From contig CAYOAM010000001.1 in assembly GCA_964402035.1 (NCBI GenBank), forward strand, positions 24,261 to 88,260: 64,000 nucleotides of DNA, written 5' to 3'. The notes under the pieces are model-generated. The model was not told where the DNA came from. It ran no database searches and saw nothing but the letters and a program-made list of their open reading frames with translations. This DNA is from an uncultured Candidatus Saccharibacteria bacterium (GTDB taxonomy: Bacteria; Patescibacteriota; Minisyncoccia; Phycocordibacterales; UBA918). This document shows positions 38,705-47,368 of this stretch, one piece after another (the first letter of the stretch is position 1; each line of letters opens with the position of its first letter). The translations under genes were made by a program, and so were the position numbers.

Positions 38705-39541
38705 ATGGAAAGCATTCATTTTCTAAACGGTAAATTTGTTTCGGAGAAGGAGCTTCTCATTTCTCCGCGTGATCTTGGGTATTCTCGGGGATATGCAGTG
38801 TTTGACTTTCTAAGAACGTACCAGCAGAGACCTTTTCTGCTTCAGAAGCATATAGACCGACTATTCCGCTCAGCTGAGACTCTAGCACTCACAATCCCAT
38901 GGTCTAAAGAACAGGTTTGTGAATGGGTTTCTGAAACGCTCGAAGCGAACAAAAGCATCAATACTGAAAACGTAGCGCGAATAATTATCTCTGGCGGCTC
39001 GTCAACCACACTTGTTCCACCGCGCCTTCCGACTATAGTAATTACAGTTGATGCCGTAATTGGTTGCCCCCCGGAAGAATACAAACACGGAGTCGAGATA
39101 CGTTTAGTCGAATTTCAGCGATATCGTCCGGAAGCAAAGACAAATAACTATATCGAAGCAGTTATGACACTTAAAGCACTCGCCACACAAAACATTCATG
39201 AGGTCATATATTATTCAGATGGCATGGTACGGGAAGGTACCCGATCAAATATTTTTGCTCTCATAAATGGAAGACTTCTTACTCCTAAGACTCTGGTCTT
39301 GGGAGGGATAACTCGCGAAGCATTGCTTGATATTCTAAAGCTGTCAGTACCATTAGAGGTTGAAGATTTCTCAGTTGCCGCCCTGCGTTCAGCATCTGAA
39401 GTATTTATTACGGCGACTGGCAAAGAAGTGATGCCAGTTACTAAGATAGATGGCGTTATCGTTGGAGACGGCAAAGTCGGTTCTTTAACTAATGAGGTAA
39501 TGAGACAACATCAATCCTTTATCGACTCAGGTCTTTGGTGA
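38705..39541 (+). CDS. Aminotransferase class IV (D-amino-acid/branched-chain type)
   Basis: DLG..RG.AVFD, H..RL..SA, AKT.NY, EG.RSNIF, L.GITR, EVFIT. Confidence 0.92.
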   Translation: MESIHFLNGKFVSEKELLISPRDLGYSRGYAVFDFLRTYQQRPFLLQKHIDRLFRSAETLALTIPWSKEQVCEWVSETLEANKSINTENVARIIISGGSSTTLVPPRLPTIVITVDAVIGCPPEEYKHGVEIRLVEFQRYRPEAKTNNYIEAVMTLKALATQNIHEVIYYSDGMVREGTRSNIFALINGRLLTPKTLVLGGITREALLDILKLSVPLEVEDFSVAALRSASEVFITATGKEVMPVTKIDGVIVGDGKVGSLTNEVMRQHQSFIDSGLW

Positions 39542-39544
39542 TAT

Positions 39545-40357
39545 TTAACTCCAAAGAGACAGGGTGTCATCCTTGAGAGTCATGAAAGAATTAAAAGTGA
39601 GTCGGATTTGGCTAGAACGAATCGAGTCTATTTGGTGAAAGTTTCGAGTTCGAAAGATAATCAAGTCACCAGAAGCGGGGAAGACTCTGGTTGGTTTCTC
39701 GTTTTCAAGGAAGGTCGGATCAAATCCATTAGGACCTTTTTCAAGGATGTCTTTATTATAGACTTCGTCTTCAGAAACCCATGGATGATTATAAATATTA
39801 AGTTCCCCCCCGGCATTTGGCATTTGGAGGTATAACACTAAACCGAATTGTTCCTCAGACTCTGCTACTTTCCATCCAGGGAGCTGGACGGGGGCATAAT
39901 CAAAGTGCAGGGTACTCTTGGCACCCATAGCACGAATAAGTCCAGTAAAGTACTGAGCTTGATTCATGCTCGGTTCCTGCGCTATTGTTATTTTGTAATC
40001 TGCGGAAAACGTACCAATTATTTTTTGGATTGGATCTGGCACTCCGTGAAATATCTTCTCTAGAGTAGCGGTAGCCTCGGCGACACGTGAGAAATATAGT
40101 GCTTTGCCGTTCTCTTTGGAGTGATATTCTGTTGCGCTTATTCCAATGCGGCCCTGTTTATTTTCTGAATTTACATACCAAGCGATGCTTTGTCTATCGA
40201 TGTTCTTATCGATGACAGCGAGTTCAACTGGATGATAAAAATTCGTCACCTTAACGGCAGCAATCTGGTTTGAGGACAATAGTGGTAGCATTTTACGTGG
40301 CTCAAAGTTCTCCCCGTATGCAGTCGTCTTAATCTCCCAGTCGTTATTGTATTGCAT
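39545..40357 (-). CDS. 2OG-Fe(II) oxygenase
   Basis: LHFD...YLQMP..GGEL...GDLIIF...NFHQI...R: HxD..H facial triad plus Arg. Confidence 0.85.
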   Translation of the reverse strand: MQYNNDWEIKTTAYGENFEPRKMLPLLSSNQIAAVKVTNFYHPVELAVIDKNIDRQSIAWYVNSENKQGRIGISATEYHSKENGKALYFSRVAEATATLEKIFHGVPDPIQKIIGTFSADYKITIAQEPSMNQAQYFTGLIRAMGAKSTLHFDYAPVQLPGWKVAESEEQFGLVLYLQMPNAGGELNIYNHPWVSEDEVYNKDILEKGPNGFDPTFLENEKPTRVFPASGDLIIFRTRNFHQIDSIRSSQIRLTFNSFMTLKDDTLSLWS

Positions 40358-40413
40358 TGTTGTGTATCCTATCACGGAATGCATTTAGCTTGCCGCATGG
40401 TACTATCTTCGTC

Positions 40414-41868
40414 ATGGATCGGGTGAATATCTTGGTTATAGGAGTGGGTCCTCATGCCCAGAGGATTTATGTCCCGAAACTTGCAGGACTTGCCAGTAAG
40501 GGTGTACCTGTGCACCTGGCAGGTGTTGTTGACCTAAAGAGGCAACAGGGAGAGATCGACCAATACTTAAAGGAGAAAGGATATTCCCCAAAAACACTGT
40601 ATCTGGATTCATTTGATGAGACGACAGGAATGCCTTCGAGTATTCTAGCCATACTCAATGCTTTTGTTAAAGATTTGAATATACAAGGTGTTGTTATTTC
40701 AACGGTACCAACCGTCCATAAAGTTTATGGGCAGTGGGCTTTGTCACACGGCTTACACATTCTCATGGATAAGCCAATTTCTATGAGGAAAGGCATCAGC
40801 ACTGATGTATCTCAGGCTGCTGCTTTGATAAAAGACTATGAAGATTTGTTAGTGTTATACCAAGAGAAACAGAGTACTCACAATACAGCCTTCTCAATTA
40901 ATGTACAGCGCAGATACGAATACGGGTTTGATCTTGTAAAACAACTAATTGCAGAAACAAAGGAACGGTTTAATATGCCCGTTACTTCTATTCAGGCAAT
41001 GCACGCGGATGGTACGTGGATGTTTCCCAAAGAAGTACTGACTCAAGAATCCCACTGCCTTTTCGATGGCTACGGGAAAGTTGCCCATAGCGGATATCAC
41101 ATATTTGATATGGTATGGCAACTATACAATGCAGGGCTTGTTGAAGAAAAGAAACCTGATTCGCTGGAAATCTTGTCTTCACCACTAACACCAGCTGGTC
41201 TCAACATTGATTTGTGTGAAGACGATTATCGACATTATTTTGGGTCGGAGTATGACGCAACCACCTTTTCTGAGGCAGAATTCCAAGAAAAGGTTAAGAA
41301 CTATGGTGAATCGGATTCGTTTAATATTATCAGGCACTTAAAAAACGGCGAGAATATTTGTAATGTTTCCATTAATTTACTCCACAGAAGCTTCTCTGGA
41401 CGCTCATGGGCAGTGCCAAACACAGACAGGTATAAGGGAAATGGCCGGATCAAACATCAACATTTTATAATCCAGCAGGGGCCATTTCAGTGCATTCAGA
41501 TTCACAACTATCAATCCAAAGATTCTCACGATATCGATAACTCCCAAGAGTTTGATATCGGAGGAAACAACCATTTTGATATATATGTTTTCCGCAACAA
41601 AGGAATGTTTGGATCAGGTGAGTCTTTTTTTAAGATCTCTGCCAAGGATCTTGAAGACAAAAAACGAGAGAGCGGTCTAATCGTTGAGAATGCAAAAGAA
41701 CGAGTCATTATTGAGTTTATAGATTTTATGCTAGGTAGGATTAATAAAAGTGAGTTAAAATCAAATATTGATACACACAGCATACCCGTTAAGATGATGA
41801 GTGGAGTGTGTCAATCGGGCGCGCGTCTTCGGAAGGGAGATAATCCTCTAATACACATTTCCATATGA
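40414..41868 (+). CDS. Gfo/Idh/MocA family oxidoreductase (long form)
   Basis: IGVGPHA, IST.P..H, HILMDKP, QRRY, HSGYH.FD. Confidence 0.85.
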   Translation: MDRVNILVIGVGPHAQRIYVPKLAGLASKGVPVHLAGVVDLKRQQGEIDQYLKEKGYSPKTLYLDSFDETTGMPSSILAILNAFVKDLNIQGVVISTVPTVHKVYGQWALSHGLHILMDKPISMRKGISTDVSQAAALIKDYEDLLVLYQEKQSTHNTAFSINVQRRYEYGFDLVKQLIAETKERFNMPVTSIQAMHADGTWMFPKEVLTQESHCLFDGYGKVAHSGYHIFDMVWQLYNAGLVEEKKPDSLEILSSPLTPAGLNIDLCEDDYRHYFGSEYDATTFSEAEFQEKVKNYGESDSFNIIRHLKNGENICNVSINLLHRSFSGRSWAVPNTDRYKGNGRIKHQHFIIQQGPFQCIQIHNYQSKDSHDIDNSQEFDIGGNNHFDIYVFRNKGMFGSGESFFKISAKDLEDKKRESGLIVENAKERVIIEFIDFMLGRINKSELKSNIDTHSIPVKMMSGVCQSGARLRKGDNPLIHISI

Positions 41869-42491
41869 TAGGCTCAATTTATTTAATCGGAGGTGGTGAA
41901 ATCAGAAAGGGTGAAACTGTAGAAATTGACAATGAGTTAAAAGAAATTTGTCCCGCAAATTCAACCTTTGTTTTTTTTGGTACAGCGGCAGGGGATAGTC
42001 CAGAGTATATTCATACAATTGAGTCAATCTTTAAAAGCAATTTTAAAATCATCGCACCAACAGAAAAGGATGGTCCTGAATTTGCACTGTCTGCTATAAA
42101 ATCCGCATCAATCATTTATCTTGGTGGTGGCACGACCAAATTACTGTTAGATCTTTTTGAAAAGTGGGAGCTTGTCCAACCACTTCGTGAAGCATTAAAT
42201 CGAGATGTTCATCTTGTAGGAATGAGTGCGGGTGCACTAGCTCTTTCTACTTGGTATCTTCACGAAGAAGGAGATTCTATGGAATTACGACGCGGATGGG
42301 GTTTTGCTTCAGTCTGTACACTTGTACACGCGCAAAAAGACTCTTCTGCTCGGGCACAAATAATCTGGAAAGGTAATAAAGATGCGCATGCAACCCCTCT
42401 TATTGCAATTGGTGAAGGTGCCGCATGGCGTATAAGCTCTCACGATACTCAGAAAGTTGGAAGTGGTGAAATAAAGTATATCCAGCACTAG
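41865..42491 (+). CDS. Peptidase S51 / type 1 glutamine amidotransferase-like (PepE/cyanophycinase family)
   Basis: LIGGG, TAAGD, IYLGGG, GMSAGA nucleophile elbow, VH, AIGE. Confidence 0.85.
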   Translation: MIGSIYLIGGGEIRKGETVEIDNELKEICPANSTFVFFGTAAGDSPEYIHTIESIFKSNFKIIAPTEKDGPEFALSAIKSASIIYLGGGTTKLLLDLFEKWELVQPLREALNRDVHLVGMSAGALALSTWYLHEEGDSMELRRGWGFASVCTLVHAQKDSSARAQIIWKGNKDAHATPLIAIGEGAAWRISSHDTQKVGSGEIKYIQH

Positions 42492-42636
42492 TTTATTGAA
42501 AGCAAAGGCAACTTCAGTGAAGTATGTACTGTGGTAGTCATCCTGGCCTGACAATATCGACAGGAGACAGTATTTGTGGTATTAAAATCAAGTGTTTTGT
42601 TTTTTGTCATCGTAATTAAACTTATGGAGGTATCGC

Positions 42637-43758
42637 GTGATCACTACTCTGAAAGAGAAGTTCCTCGTTTATCATCGAGTTCGGGGATTTGGTATCTATG
42701 AATCCTTTCCATTGGTGATCAGTGATCCTACGATTCTGTTTACCAATGCCACCATAACCCCTTTCAAACCCATGTTCATGGGAGTGGAGAAGAGGGTAAA
42801 CTATGCCCTCGTGCAGAAATGTTTGCGTTTGGGTGGTGCGAGTGGGAATCTTGATACTCCACGAACAAACCCAAACTTCACTTCCTTGTTCGAAATGCTT
42901 GGAAGTGGATTGTTTGATGTCAGTCAAGATGTTGCCGTTGCTTATTTCGTTGAAGTGTTAGCTTCACTGGGTCTTCGGAGAGAAAATCTTTTGTTTACCA
43001 CCCTTGCCAACCTTGGCTTTGAACTAGCCTTGGAGCGAGCAGGGATTCGTTTGCAGCAAATCAGGGTCTTCGCTGATGCAAAGGATATCGTGCATGAATG
43101 GAGTTTTGGAGAAGGTGACCTGCATGGGTGTGGAGTAGTAGCTTGGCATGTCCCAGAAGGCTACCAGAAATCCACGTCCGACAGTGTCTTACAGGAACTT
43201 TCCCACTTCGTTCAAATCGGAAGGATAGTTCACATCGTTGGTGTTGCACGCGGGGCATCGGTGGAGACGTTCCCGTACGCTGCATACGACTTGGGGCTCG
43301 GATTGAGTCGGGTCGAACTGGCTCTCAGTGGGAATTGTGAGGTCTTCCTGCGTCCGTGGAGGGTGTTCGCAGCCCATTTTCAGGCAGTCATTGCCGGGTT
43401 GGGTAAGACGGATGCACACTACCTCGCCAATCTCTACCGGATAGTCGTTGAGCTTGTTGGTGAAGGGCTCTTGCCCGGAACAAAGAAGCAAGCCTATGCT
43501 CTCAGAAAGGTGATTCGATTGCTTATCGAGGAGATTTGGATGAAGTCAGGTACGCTCGTGGATATACCCACCGTGCTGACTGCTTCTGTCAGTACATCTC
43601 CTTCCCCAGATCTTCTCATAAGCATTTTTTCTCAAGAGGAGAAGGCTTTACGAGCAGTACTTTCTGTTGCTGCAAAAAAGCAGAGAGAGCATCCTGACAT
43701 GAGTCTAGAGGAGCTGCGTTCGACGTTCGGAATTCGTCCAAGCCTGCTCAGGCTCTAA
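42637..43758 (+). CDS. Truncated alanyl-tRNA synthetase paralog (aminoacylation domain only)
   Basis: DPTILFTNA, QKCLR, FEMLG, D.GLGL.R, Y.LRK.IR; 373 aa with no editing domain; SD ggagg. Confidence 0.85.
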   Translation: MITTLKEKFLVYHRVRGFGIYESFPLVISDPTILFTNATITPFKPMFMGVEKRVNYALVQKCLRLGGASGNLDTPRTNPNFTSLFEMLGSGLFDVSQDVAVAYFVEVLASLGLRRENLLFTTLANLGFELALERAGIRLQQIRVFADAKDIVHEWSFGEGDLHGCGVVAWHVPEGYQKSTSDSVLQELSHFVQIGRIVHIVGVARGASVETFPYAAYDLGLGLSRVELALSGNCEVFLRPWRVFAAHFQAVIAGLGKTDAHYLANLYRIVVELVGEGLLPGTKKQAYALRKVIRLLIEEIWMKSGTLVDIPTVLTASVSTSPSPDLLISIFSQEEKALRAVLSVAAKKQREHPDMSLEELRSTFGIRPSLLRL

Positions 43759-43969
43759 AGGATTGGTGTAAACCTAGACTCACTTTGAGTAAATGGCCCG
43801 GGATCACGAAAGTGTTTTTTGGGCCATATTTTTTTATATAGTGGATTTCAGGTGCCAAATTTAGATGATCTAATAAACAATAAATAAAAAATTAGACCTG
43901 AACCAAGATGTCTAACTCAATTGCGCCTCTACGAAAATAACCCCATCAACTGGGGTTATTTTCAAAAAG

Positions 43970-44053
43970 TGCGCCGGGTAGGATTTGAACCTACGAAGCC
44001 CTGAGGGCGACAGATTTACAGTCTGTTGCGATTGACCACTCCGCCACCGACGC
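43970..44053 (-). tRNA. tRNA-Tyr(GTA)
   Basis: GCGTCGG/CCGGCGC acceptor stem, ACAGA-CT-GTA-AA-TCTGT, variable arm, GTTCAAATCC. Confidence 0.95.
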
Positions 44054-44261
44054 ATGTTGTTCAGGATAACTCTTCCGATCTCGTATGTCATCTATTCGCT
44101 TTCGCTCATAACGATGGCATAGTCTTTGAAATTAAGACAAGCAGTTGTCTTAATTTCTGCCACCGACGCGCGATCTATACCGTATCACAGGTTTTTGAGT
44201 GTGGGAAGTGTGGTAAACGTCCATGCGGTCTTCGTGAGGGTGGTATCATTGAAGGAATGCC

Positions 44262-45089
44262 ATGATGTTCCGGATTTTATACAGCAGCACAATTTTATTT
44301 TTTGTTCCTGTTGCATATGCTGCTGCAAAGATTGTTCCTAATTGCCCAGTAAATGGCTGTCGAGCTTGCGATCTTGTGATATTGGGCAACAACCTTATAA
44401 CATTTCTTATTGGCATTGGGATTTTTGTTGCTGTGATCTCTATCGCCATCACAGCATTTCAAACAATAATAAGTGGTGAAAGTGGGGCACACGCATTGGG
44501 GAGCACAGCTACGAATATCGTCATCGGGATTATTATCATGCTTGCAGGGTGGCTGATTGTGGATACACTTTTGAAATTGTTGGTTGCTCCGGGCAAACTT
44601 GGACCGTGGAATGAAATTGAGTGTATTGAGAATCCTGGTATTGAGGAAGATCCAACTGTGGCGACAAAGCCGGGACGTATCGCATATGTTGCCGGTGGCG
44701 GTAAGGGATCGGGCGCACAATGTGGCGCAGGAAACACGGCTTGTAGTCCTGAGGCCTTGCAGGCACTTGGTATGACTCCTGCACAAGCCAATACGATGTC
44801 CTGTATTGCTATGACAGAGAGTGGTGGTTCCCCAAACGCCGTCAATAAAAATGGGGGAGCGTGCGGCACGTTCCAAATTCTTCCAAGTAATTGGAGAAAT
44901 GCTTCGCTTCATAAGGGGAGCTGTAATTCTGATGTCTCCTGTAATGACGCAACATGCAATGCGCAGGCGGCACAGTCGCTCATGGCTGGTCGCATCAAGG
45001 CAGGTAAGTCTGCGTATGGAGACTGGACGTGCCCGGGATGCAATAATAAAGCGCAGGCATGTGTCGATAAATACAATCCGGGAGGATAA
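44262..45089 (+). CDS. Pilin-like N-terminus fused to Cys-rich lytic transglycosylase (SLT/lysozyme-like) domain
   Basis: C..CD....N plus two TM helices; CIAMTESGG.PNA...ACGTFQI...CN.QAA. Confidence 0.75.
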   Translation: MMFRILYSSTILFFVPVAYAAAKIVPNCPVNGCRACDLVILGNNLITFLIGIGIFVAVISIAITAFQTIISGESGAHALGSTATNIVIGIIIMLAGWLIVDTLLKLLVAPGKLGPWNEIECIENPGIEEDPTVATKPGRIAYVAGGGKGSGAQCGAGNTACSPEALQALGMTPAQANTMSCIAMTESGGSPNAVNKNGGACGTFQILPSNWRNASLHKGSCNSDVSCNDATCNAQAAQSLMAGRIKAGKSAYGDWTCPGCNNKAQACVDKYNPGG

Positions 45090-45092
45090 TAT

Positions 45093-45644
45093 ATGATCAA
45101 AAATATTCTAATCATTGTTGCGTTGTGTATTGCACTGGGTCTGGGTACACTCCTTGTCGTGAGGATGTTTTCTGAGGACACGGAGCCAGTCACGGATCCT
45201 GTCGTCAATCCTTTTCCAGTATCTTCCGGAACACCGATCCACACCCCAGAAACTCTCACTATCAGCACTCTTGGTGGTCCGTCAGTGACCGTTCAAAATT
45301 TTATCGACAAAACTACGACCGCTGAAGATCCAGTAAATACCGGATACTATTATCTGGGAAATCATTTTCCCTTTGACGGATCGGTACCAGACGCCTCTGA
45401 GGAAATACCGTTTGTTATTTCATACATTGCATCAACACAATTTTTTAATATTGTGTTGTATGAAGAGCCGCTTGCAACCTCGCGCATGCAGGCAGAACAG
45501 TACCTGAAGCAAACGCTCGGTATCACCGAGCAAGAGATGTGCTCATTGCCGTATTCAGTGAGCGTGCCAAATTTTGTAAGTCCGACGCATGCCGGAGAGA
45601 GTCTCGGTTTTAGTTTTTGTCCGGACAGTGTGCCGCTGCCGTAG
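45093..45644 (+). CDS. Membrane-anchored hypothetical protein
   Basis: N-terminal TM helix; F.I.L..EPL..SR..AE..L...LGI..Q.MC.L...LGFSFC. Confidence 0.75.
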   Translation: MIKNILIIVALCIALGLGTLLVVRMFSEDTEPVTDPVVNPFPVSSGTPIHTPETLTISTLGGPSVTVQNFIDKTTTAEDPVNTGYYYLGNHFPFDGSVPDASEEIPFVISYIASTQFFNIVLYEEPLATSRMQAEQYLKQTLGITEQEMCSLPYSVSVPNFVSPTHAGESLGFSFCPDSVPLP

Positions 45645-45650
45645 TTTATT

Positions 45651-46499
45651 ATGAAGAAATTTTTATTACACAGTTTGGTGCTGCTAGTCCTGCTTTTCCC
45701 AGCGATCAGCGTCGGACAGGAGGACAGTCTTTTTGTCTGCGAGGGTTGGGATTGTCAGGCATGTGATCTTGTTGAACTGGGAAATACGATCATCAATTTT
45801 GTCATCATGATGAGCGTTATTATTGCGACAATTCTTTTAGCGTATGCTGGCTTCCTCATTGTTACAGCACAAGGGGATATGGGCAAAATAAAGCATGCGC
45901 GTGAGATGTTCACGAATATAGTGATCGGTATCATAATCGTGCTTTCCGGGTGGCTCATAGTGAACACTGTCATGAAGCTGCTTGTGGGTGATGATCTACT
46001 GGGCGATGGCCCATGGTATGAAATCGAGTGTGTCGAACAGCCGGCTATCGTCCCTCCATCAACCGTCGCTGATGGTACGACGGTCGTGCCGGGAGGGCCG
46101 TCAGTTCCAGCGCCGTCCGCAGGATGCCCGAACTGCGCAACCATCGTCGCAGATGGTGTAACCTGCAAGGCAGGAGTTAATTGTACCGTTGATGCAGAGT
46201 ATGCAAAAAACTTAGGCCTCCTTGGCAAGGATTTTCCGCTGATCGTGACCGAAGGGTTTCCTCCAAAGGCAAATCATAAGGCCGCATGCCATCGAAATGG
46301 AACATGTCTCGATGTGGTCTTTTCTGATCGCAATTTTAGCGATCAAAACAAGATTAACAATTTTATTTCTGCTGCGGATAGGGCAGGCTATAGGGCGGTG
46401 TATGAACCCAACAAGGGACAGGCATGTCCCCCTGGTATGGGGAAGTCATGTCAGGCAAATGTTGCCAACGGGACTCATTTCTCACTGTATAAGAAATAA
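45651..46499 (+). CDS. Pilin-like N-terminus fused to Cys-rich M15/LAS-type peptidase-like domain
   Basis: CQACDLV.LGN, two TM helices, AG...TA.GD..KI..A; VTEG.PP...H...CHRNGTCLD (Hx6D) and terminal HFS. Confidence 0.65.
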   Translation: MKKFLLHSLVLLVLLFPAISVGQEDSLFVCEGWDCQACDLVELGNTIINFVIMMSVIIATILLAYAGFLIVTAQGDMGKIKHAREMFTNIVIGIIIVLSGWLIVNTVMKLLVGDDLLGDGPWYEIECVEQPAIVPPSTVADGTTVVPGGPSVPAPSAGCPNCATIVADGVTCKAGVNCTVDAEYAKNLGLLGKDFPLIVTEGFPPKANHKAACHRNGTCLDVVFSDRNFSDQNKINNFISAADRAGYRAVYEPNKGQACPPGMGKSCQANVANGTHFSLYKK

Positions 46500-46550
46500 G
46501 GAGCAGCTTCGATTGACTGTTTGATGTCTTTCACATACCATCATCATGTT

Positions 46551-46621
46551 GGGCGATTAGTTTAGTGGTAGAACATAGGTCTCCAAAACCTACGGTGGGG
46601 GTTCGATTCCCTCATCGCCCG
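46551..46621 (+). tRNA. tRNA-Trp(CCA)
   Basis: GGGCGAT/ATCGCCC acceptor stem, TAGGT-CT-CCA-AA-ACCTA, GTTCGATTCC. Confidence 0.95.
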
Positions 46622-46643
46622 CAGCGAACGAAGTGAGCGAGGA

Positions 46644-46661
46644 CGATGAGGGAATCGAACC
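46644..46661 (-). repeat. Perfect 18-bp inverted copy of the tRNA-Trp T-arm/acceptor 3' strand
   Basis: cgatgagggaatcgaacc is the reverse complement of 46600-46617. Confidence 0.9.
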
Positions 46662-46753
46662 GACAGTGCGGGGCACTGTCGTGCCGAGGGACGAGGTCGA
46701 TTCAAAAATATCATCACCCGTGTCAGGTGTCAGCATGTTAAAATGTATTCATT

Positions 46754-47293
46754 ATGACGATGATTAAACAAATCAGGAATCTCGCATTTATAGATGGACA
46801 GAATTTGTATATTGGCACTGCCAAACGAAGTATTGATCCGTGGAAGATTGATCTTGTTCGGTTTCGTGTATATCTAGAACAAAAATATCACGTGAGTCAT
46901 GCATACTATTTTTTAGGATATGTACAGGAGACAAATCAAGAGTTGTATGAAGAAATACAGCAGGCGGGTTTTATTCTCATATTTCGCGAACACAATCCGG
47001 CAATGATTGGAAAGAAAAAGGGGAATGTTGATTCGGATATCATTTTTCATATTATGAAGAGGATGTACAAAAAGGAAAATTTTGAAAAAATTGTGCTTGT
47101 GTCGGGAGATGGGGACTATAAACTCCTTGTTGATTTTTTGATCGAGGAAAATAGGTTTGCAAAGGTTTTGTTTCCTGATCGCGGCAGAGCATCTTCTCTA
47201 TATAAGAAAATTGGAGCTACGTATTTTGATGCTTTGGACGCTGGAGGGGTTCGGAGTAAAATCGAGAGAGGAGAAATGAAAAAGGCTCCTTAG
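46754..47293 (+). CDS. NYN (LabA/DUF88, PIN-like) domain putative RNase
   Basis: AFIDGQNL, KGNVD, LVSGDGDY. Confidence 0.9.
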   Translation: MTMIKQIRNLAFIDGQNLYIGTAKRSIDPWKIDLVRFRVYLEQKYHVSHAYYFLGYVQETNQELYEEIQQAGFILIFREHNPAMIGKKKGNVDSDIIFHIMKRMYKKENFEKIVLVSGDGDYKLLVDFLIEENRFAKVLFPDRGRASSLYKKIGATYFDALDAGGVRSKIERGEMKKAP

Positions 47294-47334
47294 GTAATGA
47301 GCCGTTCGGAACCTTTTTCGTCGTAATGACCATT

Positions 47335-47363
47335 ATGATACCAAGTTAGCTTGAGGATGTCAA
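47335..47363 (-). promoter_or_regulatory. Antisense sigma70-type promoter facing the NYN gene 3' end
   Basis: TTGACA-17 bp-TATCAT on the minus strand. Confidence 0.6.
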
Positions 47364-47368
47364 TAGAT

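Larger units (their letters stand above)
37961..43989. mobile_element. Genomic island integrated at tRNA-Tyr, bounded by 21-bp direct repeats; no integrase
   Basis: gtgcgccgggtaggatttgaa at 37961-37981 and 43969-43989. Confidence 0.85.

Noticed and set aside
37961-43989. Prophage or autonomous integrative element
   Set aside because: No integrase, transposase or phage structural gene is recognisable inside or near the repeats.
46551-46621. Alternative genetic code (UGA recoding as in Gracilibacteria)
   Set aside because: Full-length genes end at TGA (dprA, dus, parB) and core genes read through intact in code 11.
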